Assembly (NCBI GenBank): GCA_013239625.1
Contig: MU053559.1
Location: forward strand, 2,834,324 to 2,898,323
Source: Lama guanicoe
Taxonomy: Eukaryota
Length of the DNA: 64,000 nt
Reading direction: 5' to 3'
Shown here: positions 51,495 through 62,145 of the stretch, in pieces
Layout of the letters: each line of letters starts with the position of its first letter
Position numbering within the stretch: the stretch's first letter is position 1
Notes under the pieces: generated by a model
Told to the model about the DNA's origin: nothing
Seen by the model: only the letters and a program-made list of their open reading frames with translations
Database searches by the model: none
Position numbers and translations under genes: made by a program

Positions 51495-51972
51495 TGAGAA
51501 GGAAAAGCCAGGCTGGGCTAACAAAATAGCTCACAAATCAAAGTGTAACAAGTGTTGGATTACTGATCTGAGTTCTGCTGGGCTAACTGGTAAATCTAGG
51601 TTAATAAGTGTCGGTTTGCTGATTCCCTGCTCATGGTTTCTGTTGTTGTTTTTTTTTGTTTTGTTTTGTTTTTTGTTTTGTTTTTTTTTGCTAGCCAGCT
51701 GGATTTTCAAAGAGACATACCTGGTCTTGAAATGTTGGTTTGCTGCCTCCCTGCCTCCACTTTTGTGATAATGATGCTGCTAAAGCTGTTCCATGCCTAT
51801 TGGCCGAATACCCCAAGCTTGTACTTTACCCTATAAAACCTCACACGCACGTCTTGGAGGTGCTCAGAGCTTCGGAGCAGAAGCCCCTCTGAGCCCGCTG
51901 GCGTAATACATCTGAGTACTCCAACCATCTGAGTGGTGCTTGTTTCTTGGCTGGCCTGTCATTTCCGTAACA
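51495..51972 (+). mobile_element. ERV solo LTR
   Basis: TG..TAACA ends, TATAAAA ~51832, CpGs retained. Confidence 0.68.
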
Positions 51973-51974
51973 CT

Positions 51975-53720
51975 TTCATGCCCCCAACATTTTCATCAGC
52001 CCCCCCAAAAAAACCCATACCCATTATCAGACCCTCCTCATTCCTGCTACCCTGCTACCAGCCCCAGGCAGCCATGTATCTACTTTCAGCTTTTTATGCC
52101 TGTTGTGGACATTTCATATTAGTGGAATATTAATGGAATCACAAAATATGTGGTCTTTTATGGCTGAGTAATATAGCATAATGTTTTCAAGGTTCATCCA
52201 TGTTGTCGAATGTAAAAGTATTTCATCCTTTTTAATAATATTCTGTTCTATAGATCTACCATATTTTGTTTATCCATTCATCAATTGTTGGACATTTGGG
52301 GATGTTTCCACCTTTTTTTCCCCATAATGTTATTATTATAATGTTACAACATTATATTATTATAATGTCATATATTTTCCTCATAATGTTATTATAACAT
52401 ATTGTTAACATTATGTTAATGTTATTATTAGGGATAATGTTGCTATGAACATTCATGTACAAGTTTTTATGCAGATATGTTTTCATTTCTCTTGAGAATA
52501 TGCTTAGGAATAGAATTGCTGGGTTCTTCATCTAATTTGTGAAAGAGTTTGTGAAAGATTGATATTAATTTTTTTTTTGAAAGTTTGGTAGGATTCACCA
52601 GAGCAGCCATCTGGGCCTGGAATTTTCTTTGGAATAATTTGTAAATTACTAATTCAATGTCTTTACTTCTGTAGGTCGATTCAGATTTTCTATTTCTTCT
52701 CAAGTCAGATTTGGTAATTTATGTTTTTCTAGGAATTTGTCCAATACTCCTAAGATACCTAATTTGTTGGTATACAGTTGTTCATAGTATTCTTTTATAA
52801 TTCATTTTATTTCTGTAAGGTTGGTAGTGATGGTGCCTCTTTTATTCCTGATTTTAGTAATTTGAGTATTTTCTTATTTTTCTTGGTCAGTCCAGTTAAA
52901 GGTTTGCCAATTTTATTGATCTTTTCAAAGAACCAACTTTGGGTTTATTGATTTTTCTCCAGTGTTTTTCTATTGTCTGTTTCATCTATTTCTTCTCAAA
53001 CCTTTCCTGTTTTCACCCTTCTGCTTGCTTTGGTTTAGTTTGCTCTTTCTTTCTTCAGTGTCTTATGATGGAAGGTGGGGTTATTGATTTGAAATATTTC
53101 TTCTTGTCTAATGTGGGTATTTACAGCTATACATTTCTTTCTAAGTACGTCTTTAGCTGCTTCCAAAAACTTTTGGTACAATGTATTTTCATTTTCATTC
53201 ATCTCAAGGTATTTTCTAATTTCTTTTCCGATTTCTTCTTTGACTCATTGGTCATTTAGGAGTGGTTGTTTAATTTCCACATATTTGTGAATTTCCCAGT
53301 TTTCTTCTGCTATTGATTTCTAATTTCGTTTCATTGTAGTTAGAGAACATGCTTTGTAAGATTTCAGTCCTTTTAAATGTATTAAGACTTGTAATATGGC
53401 CTAATATATGATTTAACTTATAGAAAGTTCCATGTGCACCTGAAAAGAATATGAATATTACTGTTGTTGTGTTCTACAGATGCTGGGGTGAGGTATATAA
53501 AAACAAGACAAGTTAAACTGTTACAAACTCACTGTACTTACTGAGGTTTAAGTAGTTTATCTTGAATGACTGTTTTTTGGATTATTGTAAGCCTTTGGTT
53601 AATTTCCAAAGTTCTGAAAAAAAAGTTTATTTTGACAATTGTTGATTTTGTTTTAATTCCTTCTTTGGAATTGTAGATTTATGGAGATCCTCACTCTGCC
53701 AATCCAGGAGTCCCACCTCA
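51975..53720 (-). mobile_element. Old L1 fragments (3'UTR, ORF2)
   Basis: T-rich reverse L1 sequence, e.g. TTTATTGATCTTTTCAAAGAACCAACTTT. Confidence 0.78.
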
Positions 53721-54381
53721 AAAATATTGTTTTAAAGAAACTTCAAATGATTCTCAGTGATTATGATGGAAATTTGGGGGGTACATCAGGTTCATTTGTT
53801 TCTTTCTTTTTTTTTTTAATATTTAAGGAGTGCCTTTTTAATTCCTGATTTACTTTTTAAAAATGTAACTCATTTGTGTTTCCAAAGTGAAATCTATGAA
53901 ATAAGATACATTCAAGAACATCTGGCGTCGATCATTGCCCCGTTTTCCTCCATAGGTTACCATTTTTATCAGTTTTTGGTGTATGCTTCATAGTTTCTTT
54001 TTGAAAATAAAGCCATGTAGTTATATATAAATAATCTTCCCTTTCCATTACTCCTTGCGTTTTCCTTAACAACACAGCCTAAACATAACTCCATACTGGA
54101 ATACAGAGCTTTTCTCCATTTAAAAGGGATTTGAAAAATTGTAAGGAAAAAATGATTTGAGCTTAACTAAATCACATTTTGGATAAATAATACATAAATA
54201 ATATTTTACTAAATTCTTCAAATTTATCAGCTAATTACAGGTATCATTTCTTATTCAGACCCCTAAATGTTCAGGAGGTGGCAATCTCTAGCTATATGAC
54301 ACTAGTTCAGAGACTTGGTCTTTTGGTTTAGAGTTTTCACTATCTTGTTCCCTCCTGTTCATGTCTTTCTTTTTTACGTAG

Positions 54382-54443
54382 GTCACCAAGAGCTTATAGA
54401 CTCCCTCGGTATTTCTCCATGCATGGTGTTGAATGCAATATAG
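54382..54443 (+). pseudogene. Putative fossil exon (62 nt)
   Basis: Long polypyrimidine acceptor ..TCTTTCTTTTTTACGTAG; SPRAYRLPRYFSMHGVECNI; donor AG|GTAAGA. Confidence 0.45.
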
Positions 54444-54663
54444 GTAAGAGTTAAAATATCTAAATAAGGCTAAGGCAACATATGGTGAGAAGCAGATCAG
54501 TATAAGAATTATTAGTTTTCCTCTAACACAGTAAGGTTTATTTTGGGATGTCTCAGAGGACTCCTTTATTTTAAAGTAATAATTTAACAACTGTGTTTTA
54601 ATACGGAAATAGAAATTAATTAGGACAAACAGAAATAATCACCCTGGTAGGACCTAACCATTA

Positions 54664-54840
54664 AAGGTCACCAGATTTAGCAAATTAAAGGACCGGTCAT
54701 CCAGTTAAATTGGAATTTCAGATAAGCAGTGAATAACTTTTTAGTATAAGTATGTCCCAACTGTTATACTAAAAACGTATTCATTGTTTATTTGAAATTC
54801 AAATTTACCTGGGTACGCTGTATTTTATCTGGCAATCCTA
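54664..54840. mobile_element. MER53 palindromic hAT MITE
   Basis: CCAGATTTAGCAAAT..GAATTTCAGATAA..TTTTAGTATAAG / TTATACTAAAA..TTTGAAATTC..TTTTATCTGGCAATCCTA inverted arms. Confidence 0.8.
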
Positions 54841-55203
54841 TCTGAAACTCAAATCAAGTAGGTAATGTAGGCTTGCCTTGGATCAATTTTCAAGGGCAGA
54901 AGAGCACTAATATTCTTCCCCTACTTCAGAATGGGGCATAAATGGTAAAATAATTACTTCGGACAATAAACATTTTTTATGGAGTATTTTGTAGTTTAGG
55001 GCTGGGAAACTGGAAGTTTACCAGCTGATTGCATCTTGGAAACCACATGTGAAGCAGACAATCAAGCTTCTGGAATGTGGTGCTGTTTAGAGTTCTACTT
55101 GCAGTGGTTTTAAAATAATGTGACTTATATTCAGTACGAATCCATTATTGTTAATATTTTATCAGAGAGTTATTGTTTTCCCTTTGAATATGTCTCATTA
55201 CAG

Positions 55204-55265
55204 GCGCTGCTGCATTATTAAGTATAAATGTATTACATCCAAGGACCAATTTTCCCACCCCTGTG
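55204..55265 (+). pseudogene. Putative fossil exon (62 nt)
   Basis: CTCATTACAG acceptor; AAALLSINVLHPRTNFPTPV; donor GTG|GTAAGT. Confidence 0.45.
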
Positions 55266-55754
55266 GTAAGTATTTCTGATTCTATAATAGAAGTCAATGG
55301 GTTAAGTCAGATTCATTTAATCCAAATTTACTTTACAGCACGCTTTTTTTTTTTTTGGAATGCATACATTCTTTCGTTTGAGGGATACCTGCATAATCAT
55401 GTAATATATTTTATGTCCTGCAGCAGAATAAAGCAAGCAAATGGAGCCAACTTCATTGTTAACACAGTGGAGCAGCTGCATGGTGACTGCAGCCATCACT
55501 GGATTCATCACCTGGGGACTATCAGTCATTGGTACAATCAAGAATGAATCTCCTTCCAAATTTTCACAAGGGAACAATAGCACATCCTATAGATGTGCTG
55601 GTATTTACATGCCTCTTTCTGGTAAAGGTTTTAAGTCAAATATAACTCAACTCTGTTAAAAAGCAATGTTTCAACTCTTCCTACAGAAATGCTATCTAAA
55701 GACTAAAGGAATTTTGGTCTATTTAGTAACTATTTTACAAATTTATAAGCAATG

Positions 55755-55885
55755 TGGAGAGGGTAATACCTCAGCGGTAGAGCACATGCTTAGCATGCAC
55801 AAGGTCCTGGGTTCAATCCCCAGTATTTCCATTAAAAAAATAAATAAATGAGTAAATAAACCTAATTATCTCCTCCCCAAAATAG
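55755..55885 (+). mobile_element. Vic-1-like SINE
   Basis: A/B boxes and (AAAT)n tail. Confidence 0.82.
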
Positions 55886-56530
55886 TGAATTTTAACAGCT
55901 CGAAAATAAGAAACTGTACAATGGGAGAAGCTTTGCAAATAGATTTTTAAATGTACTACATTTTTTTTTCTCCTTCAAGGCAGCTGGGCCTAGGAGATTC
56001 CAAGAGTAATAAAATGAAAGAAATCAGTTTTCCTTTTTTGTTGTGGTGCCTCTTAAATGTTCTGCCATAGACTGGTTTTTTGTTGGGGAAGATGTTTAGA
56101 TTAAATCAGTTTTTCCCAATGTGGTCTGAGATCTTCAGACAACTGGGGTGAGAAGCAGGTAGAGGCTTGCTTTGGCTGAAAAATGAAAATTCCTGGGCCC
56201 CAACCTACAGAGTAAGTCTGAGTCTGACCAGTCTGCCAATTCTAGCTGTTTCTTATACATATTAGTTTGAGATCCGCTGGGCGAGGTGAACCTCAGGGCC
56301 CCTTCCTCCTACAAAATTTTGTGAGGCTCGGAGCCATCTTGCCCGAGTTAAGCTTGTTGGTAACGGGAATTTCAAATCCTCCCTTGCAATGGATTTCACA
56401 AACCTGAAAGGGGCTTGTCCAAATGGGATTTAGTTAACAGATGAGGTTTGGTATCTAGTCAATCCTGAGTTACTGAACAAATAGCACTTCAATATTTATT
56501 CAGGAAATTAGATTTCAAATAGACCAATCT

Positions 56531-56670
56531 GGGGTGAGGGGAGGGTATAGCTCAAGTGGTAGAGTGCATGCTTAGCATTCACAAGGTCCTGGGTTCAATC
56601 CCCAGTACCTCCTCTAAAAATAAATAAGTAAATAAACCTGATTACTTCCCCCAACAAAAATATTTTTAAA
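56531..56670 (+). mobile_element. Vic-1-like SINE
   Basis: A/B boxes; TSD AAATAGACCA. Confidence 0.85.
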
Positions 56671-56697
56671 AAATAGACCAGTCAAGTAACTTGAGTC

Positions 56698-57140
56698 TGT
56701 GGCTGAAAAATGTCACCTGACATATCAGTCAACAAAGGATGTTGTGGCCATCAAGCCTTCAGCCACTGCAGCTGATCTGACTGTGCACCCTCACGGGATT
56801 CAGGATGAAGAAAAGCAAGATACTGACTTTAGATAGCTAAGCTGCCTATCAAAGGAATGATTTTTATGAGCCCAGACTCTTGCATCTTCCCGTACATAGA
56901 AAACTGCCAAATTTGCTACCTTGAGATGCTTGTTTTTTTCTTTAATTAGCAGAAATCTTTTGATGGTCAACTACCTGGTTTGTTTTTGCGAACTCCTATA
57001 TATTCTGGCTCCTCCCTTACCTCTTTGGAACTGTCCCTCAGTGCTATCTGAGAGGCTGTCTCCCGGGCTTAAGTCCTCAAAAAGTCCACTGAATAAAACA
57101 TAATTTCAACTTGTAGGCTGTGCATTTTTTTCAGGGGACA
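56698..57140 (+). mobile_element. ERV1-type solo LTR
   Basis: TG..CA ends, perfect TSD AGTC, AATAAA ~57092. Confidence 0.8.
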
Positions 57141-57231
57141 AGTCTCAGTGATTCTCATGATGTCTGGGAGGCTGATCAAGTTTTGTTTTCATGCATCTTC
57201 TGTTTCTTTCAACAAATCCAAATTTGTTCAG

Positions 57232-57424
57232 GTGAGTTCCTCTCTGGCTAGAGGTTACTTGTCTTCAAAATGGACTAGAGATTGAGGAAGAGTTCTTAGA
57301 GAGCCACATGAGGCCTCAAAAATCTAATGAGGAAGTTCACATCAAAAAGAAAGAGAGGAGTTTTCGCTTCAGCAAATTCTTCCTTCTACATGATGACTGG
57401 TGGAACAAAACCCACTTCCTGTTG
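57232..57424 (+). pseudogene. Putative fossil exon with 63 open codons
   Basis: Pyrimidine-rich acceptor region; VPLWLEVTCLQNGLEIEEEFLESHMRPQKSNEEVHIKKKERSFRFSKFFLLHDDWWNKTHFLL (57236-57424); donor TTG|GTAATG; next strong acceptor at 57815 reads T*FRAAPQ. Confidence 0.55.
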
Positions 57425-58342
57425 GTAATGCTGTGGAGCATCTGGAATGTTCATGGATTGTTGACAGGAGTGGGAAATAGTGAGTGAAAAATGCACCTTT
57501 CCTATGACCCACTCCTAGGTATTTACCCAAGAGAAATGAAAACACTTTCAAACAAAGACTTGTACTGAAATAGTCTTAGTAGCTGTATTCATAATGGGCA
57601 AAATCTGGAAACAGCTTAGATGTGCATCAACAGAATGGCTAAAGAAATAGTGATATATTCATACAATGGAACATATCCACTGTTGATATACCTAGGACAT
57701 AGATGAACTGCAAAATATTACGCTGAATGAAAGAAGCGTTACACAAAAGATTACGTACTGTATGATTCCATTTCCATTACACGTTCTTACTTCTGTTTAT
57801 TTGTTCTCTATGCAGACATAGTTCCGGGCTGCTCCACAGAAGAGAATCTGGCCGAGGGCCTGGGCTGGAAACAGCACACAGTTACAATAATAACCACCAT
57901 TACTGAATGCTTAAGGGTCTGGCATTACCCACAAATTTGAGTATTACTCCTATTTTATGGATGAGAAAACTGGGCTTCAGACAGAGCGTATGACTTGCCC
58001 AAAGCTACATAAAAATTATGCATGCTAGCTAGGTTTATTTCTAGCTCAAGACTGTCTTATTTCCAGAGCAGCAGAGTTTCACCCTGAGGGTGTTTTTGTC
58101 AAGAAGAGGACATTGGTAATGCAGGAAGAGAAATCAGCCTTGGTTCTCTCCTTGAAGAGGGGAGGAAAGAGGACTGGAAGAGGAGGAGGGGGAATACTAA
58201 AGAAGAGAAACTATTGTTTTGTCGATCTTTCTGTCTAGAGGCTGCCTTCTCCACTCTGCTTCACAATATATTGAGCAATTGTTAATTTGTTCCTCACAAA
58301 AGCCTTGAAGTCGATAAGGAAATTGTCTGGAAGAAGTAAATT

Positions 58343-58698
58343 AGAGTCATTCCTGGGTATCCTCCTGGGATTGGCTCCAGGACCACCCCACTACCCCCAT
58401 ACCAAAATCTGTGGATAATTAAGTCCCTTATATAAAATATGTTTGCATATAACCCACACACATCCTCCCGAATACTTTAAATCATCGCTAGGTTACTTAT
58501 AATAACTAATACAATGTAAATGCTATGTAAATAGTTGTAAATACAATGTAAATACTATGTAAATAGTTGCCAGCGCCTGGAACATTTAAATTTTGCTTTT
58601 TGGAACTTTTGGGAATTTTAGGGAGAATGTATTTTCCATCTGCGGCTGGTTGAATCTGTGATTGAGAAGCCGAGGGTTATGACAGATCGCTGACTGTA
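58343..58698. mobile_element. MER2-like (Tigger) element
   Basis: GGGATTGGCTCCAGGACC..ATACCAAAATCTGTGGAT..CATCCTCCCGAATACTTTAAATCATC..GACTGTA. Confidence 0.8.
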
Positions 58699-58806
58699 CA
58701 AGATTCAAGTCTTGTAACTGGATTTTGCACTGGTCTACAGATCCAGTGGTGCACTTCGTGGTAGGCTAAATTATTATGACAGACAAAGATGCAAAATGTT
58801 TTACAG

Positions 58807-59332
58807 ATTGTTTTTTGAATGCTTCATTGCTTCAGAGGGTAAATAAACAAAGGGACGTGTTTTCTGGTCTTTCGGGGACAACTGGGAATAAGAATGGAGA
58901 TGTTAAGGTGGTGCAGAGGATGAGGCATTCAGTTCTGTTGATTCTGTTTTTCTGTCCTCAGCAACGCCATTGCCATGGCTTATACTTGTAATCCCAAAGC
59001 CAGAGTTTCAGATTCCTTGACAACCCCACTGTCTGGCAAGATGAACATCTTCTGAACTGTAGCGGGTGAATCTGTGATGTGGGAACTCATTTGGTGGAGG
59101 TATGTCACAGACTCTTTGAGAAGCTGCTAAAAACCTTGATGGCTTTGGCGGAGGGTATAGCTCAAGTGGTAAGAGCTCATGCTTAGCATGCACCAGATCC
59201 TGAATTCAATTCCCCAGTACCTCCATTAAATAAATAAATCTGAAATCCACTGGTGGCGGGGTAGGGGGGTCCCTGTTAAGAACCTCTACATTTGTGGATG
59301 ACAGCCTGGAAATCTACCTGGAGTACCTTGGG
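58807..59332 (+). pseudogene. Two putative fossil exons (58807-59065, 59281-59332)
   Basis: CFLNASLLQRVNKQRDVFSGLSGTTGNKNGDVKVV..LILFFCPQQRHCHGLYL*SQSQSFRFLDNPTVWQDEHLLNCS(G)|TSTFVDDSLEIYLEYLG; phase 2/2 junction; donor GGG|GTAAGG. Confidence 0.55.
59146..59240 (+). mobile_element. Vic-1-like SINE
   Basis: GGAGGGTATAGCTCAAGTGGT..TTCAATTCCCCAGTACCTCC. Confidence 0.82.
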
Positions 59333-61069
59333 GTAAGGATGGGTACCTTGGGGTCGGGGTGGAGGTGGGACTCCAGCAGGGTGGTCACTAAGATTGTGAT
59401 GGGTATAGATTTGCTGTCGTAAAGAGCCCTGGATTGGGAGCAGAAATTTCAGCTTTGCCACTATACCAGTTGTATGGACTCAGATGAATCCTTTTTGAGC
59501 CTTAATTTCCTCATGTAGAAACTGAGAGCAATAGTGTCCACCCTGATCCACCTTGCTGAGACGAGTATCAATATGAGACAATCTCATTCTTTGTAAACTT
59601 TCAATCATGTGACAAACACTGATAGTACCTAAGTGGTAGGTTTACAATGATGAATCAATCATTAAGAATTTCCTGCCCTCATGGAGCAGGGAAGCAGTTG
59701 ACCAGAGATGGGTGGATGAATGAATGAATGGAACAAAGCGTTAATTACCTTTGTAGTTTTTTTATCACTGAGTGTAGTGATGGGAAAGAACATGATGCAG
59801 AGATAGAAAACTACTTAGAAAGAAAAGAATAGTTAGGGAAGGTTCTTTGCAGGAAGACCCATTTAAGTCGCTGAGTCATTAAGAATACAGAAGTGGCAAT
59901 GGAGATGGGGCGGAATAGGCAGTTTGGAGATATACTTGATTTTATTAAAATCTGTCTAAAAATTTGTTTTGGATAGGCAATACATTGACATGATTCAAAA
60001 TTCAAAAGGTACAACAAGACATGCAGTCAAAGTTTCTCTTCTAACAACCACCTAGTTCTCCCCAGAAGTAACACACTCTATCCATTGCTTATATATTCTT
60101 TCAGAGATTTTGCTTTCATATGTAAGAAAATACATTTCCACAAATGAAATTATATTTTATGTAGCATTCTCTATCTTGCTTTTTTTTTCTTGATGTATCT
60201 TGAAGCTCAGTCCATACTAGTATCTAAACAGATGGCTCATTCATTTTGATGACTGCATAGTGTTCCACTGAATGCACAGGCTATAATTTATTGAACTTCT
60301 TCCCTAGTGATGGGCATTTAGGTTGTCTCCAAACTTTTTTCATTACAAACAATGCTGCATATGCCAATTTGTACCTGTTTGAGTATATCTGGAGGCCAAG
60401 TTCCTAGAAGTAGAATTGCTGGGGGCATTTGTAGTTTTGACAGACGTTGTCAATCACCCCTCCCAGGGGTCCTACCCACTTACAATCCCAACTGGCAATG
60501 TTTGAGAGAGACTTTCCCTCACATCTTTACCAGTTATTGGATTATCAAATTTTTGGAGCTTGTGAACCTGATAATAGAAGGATTTCTCAGTGTAGTTTTA
60601 ATTCTTTCTTTCTTTTATTATGAGCAAGGTTGAACATTTTTTTCCCATGTGTAAGAGCCATGACTATCATGTTCATCACTTATTAACTAGAGAAAGTGGC
60701 GTGATAGTTTCTCAGTAAATATTTGTCAATATGGGAAAATAAATCTATTCCCCTCAAAAAAAGCCATTTGTATTTCCTTCTCTGTGAACTACCTGCTCAT
60801 AACCTCCAACAATTTTTCATTCAGGCTGTTGGCACTGTATTTTTGATTCTTAGAAGCTCTTTATATATATCATTTGAATTGTAATCATCTTTTTTTCCTG
60901 TTTGTTGCTTGTCTTTTGACTTTGCATATGGTACTATTATGCTATACAGAAATATTTAATTTTTTGTCATTAATTTCAATCATTTCTTTTATGACTTTGG
61001 GTTCTGGATCAACTTAGGCCATTCTACACTTTTATAAAAGAGTGCTTATATGTTTCCTGCTAGTATTTT

Positions 61070-62145
61070 TATTTTTATTAAAAAAATTGGGGGGGGAGGG
61101 GAGGTAATTAGGTTATTTACATATGTATTTATTTCAGTGGAGGTTCTGGGGACTGAACCTGGGACCTTGTGTATGCTAAGCACACACTCTAAAACTGAGC
61201 TATATTTTAATTTATTTTTATTATTTTAATTCAAGTATAGTTGATTTGCAACATTGTGTTAGTTTCAGGTGTACAGCAAAGTGACTCAGTTATATACACA
61301 TAGATACATATATATATATGCAATACATATATATATATATACTCTTTTTTCAAATTCTTTTCCATTATAGTTATTACAAGATATTAAGTATAGCTCCCTG
61401 TGCTATATAGTAAATGCTGTTGCTTATCTATTTTATGTATAGTAGTTTATACCTGTTAATCCCATACTCCTAATTTATCTCTCCCCCTCCCTTTCTCCTT
61501 TGGTAACCATAAGTTTGTTTTCTATGTCTGAGTCTATTTCTGTTTTGTGTATAGATTCATTTGTATTATTTTTTAGATTCCACATGTAAGTGATATCATA
61601 TGATATTTGTTTTTGTCTGACTTACTTCACTTAGTATGATAATCTGTAGGTCCACCCATGCTGCAAATGGCATGGTTTCATTTTTGTGGCTGCATAATAT
61701 TCCATTGTGTGTATGTATGTATATGTGTATATGTGTGTGTATATATATATATATATATATCTCACATCTTTTTCTAGTCATCTGTTATGGACACTTAGGT
61801 TACTTCCATGTCTTGGTTATTGTGACTAGTGCTGCTATGAACATTATAGTGCATGTATTTTTTTCAAATTAAAGTTTTCAACTTTTCTGGATGTATGCCC
61901 AGGAGTGGGATTGTTGGATCATAAGGTAAGTCTATTTTCAGTTTTTTGTGGAATCTCCATACAGCTTTCCGTAATGGCTGCACCAAACTACATTCCCACC
62001 AGCAGTGTAGGAGGGTTCCCTTTTCTCCACACCCTCTCCAGCATTTATTGTTTGTGAACTTTTGAATGATGGCCATTCTGACTGGTGTGAGGTGATACCT
62101 CACTGTAGTTTTGGTTTGCATTTGCATTTCTCTGATAATTAGAGT
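61070..62145 (-). mobile_element. Vic-1-like SINE (~61070-61205) adjoining a lineage L1 3' end with ORF2 C-terminus
   Basis: ORF 61864-62127 [44 protein letters not shown] is the L1 ORF2 Cys-rich region. Confidence 0.88.

Noticed and set aside
55441..55659. Transmembrane-looking ORF MEPTSLLTQW..GFITWGLSVIG
   Set aside because: An acceptor at 55423 suggests another fossil exon, but I could not fix the frame or donor, so no product is called
19026..61205. tRNA-Ala-like sequences as tRNA genes
   Set aside because: Diverged copies with A-rich tails and TSDs; these are SINEs
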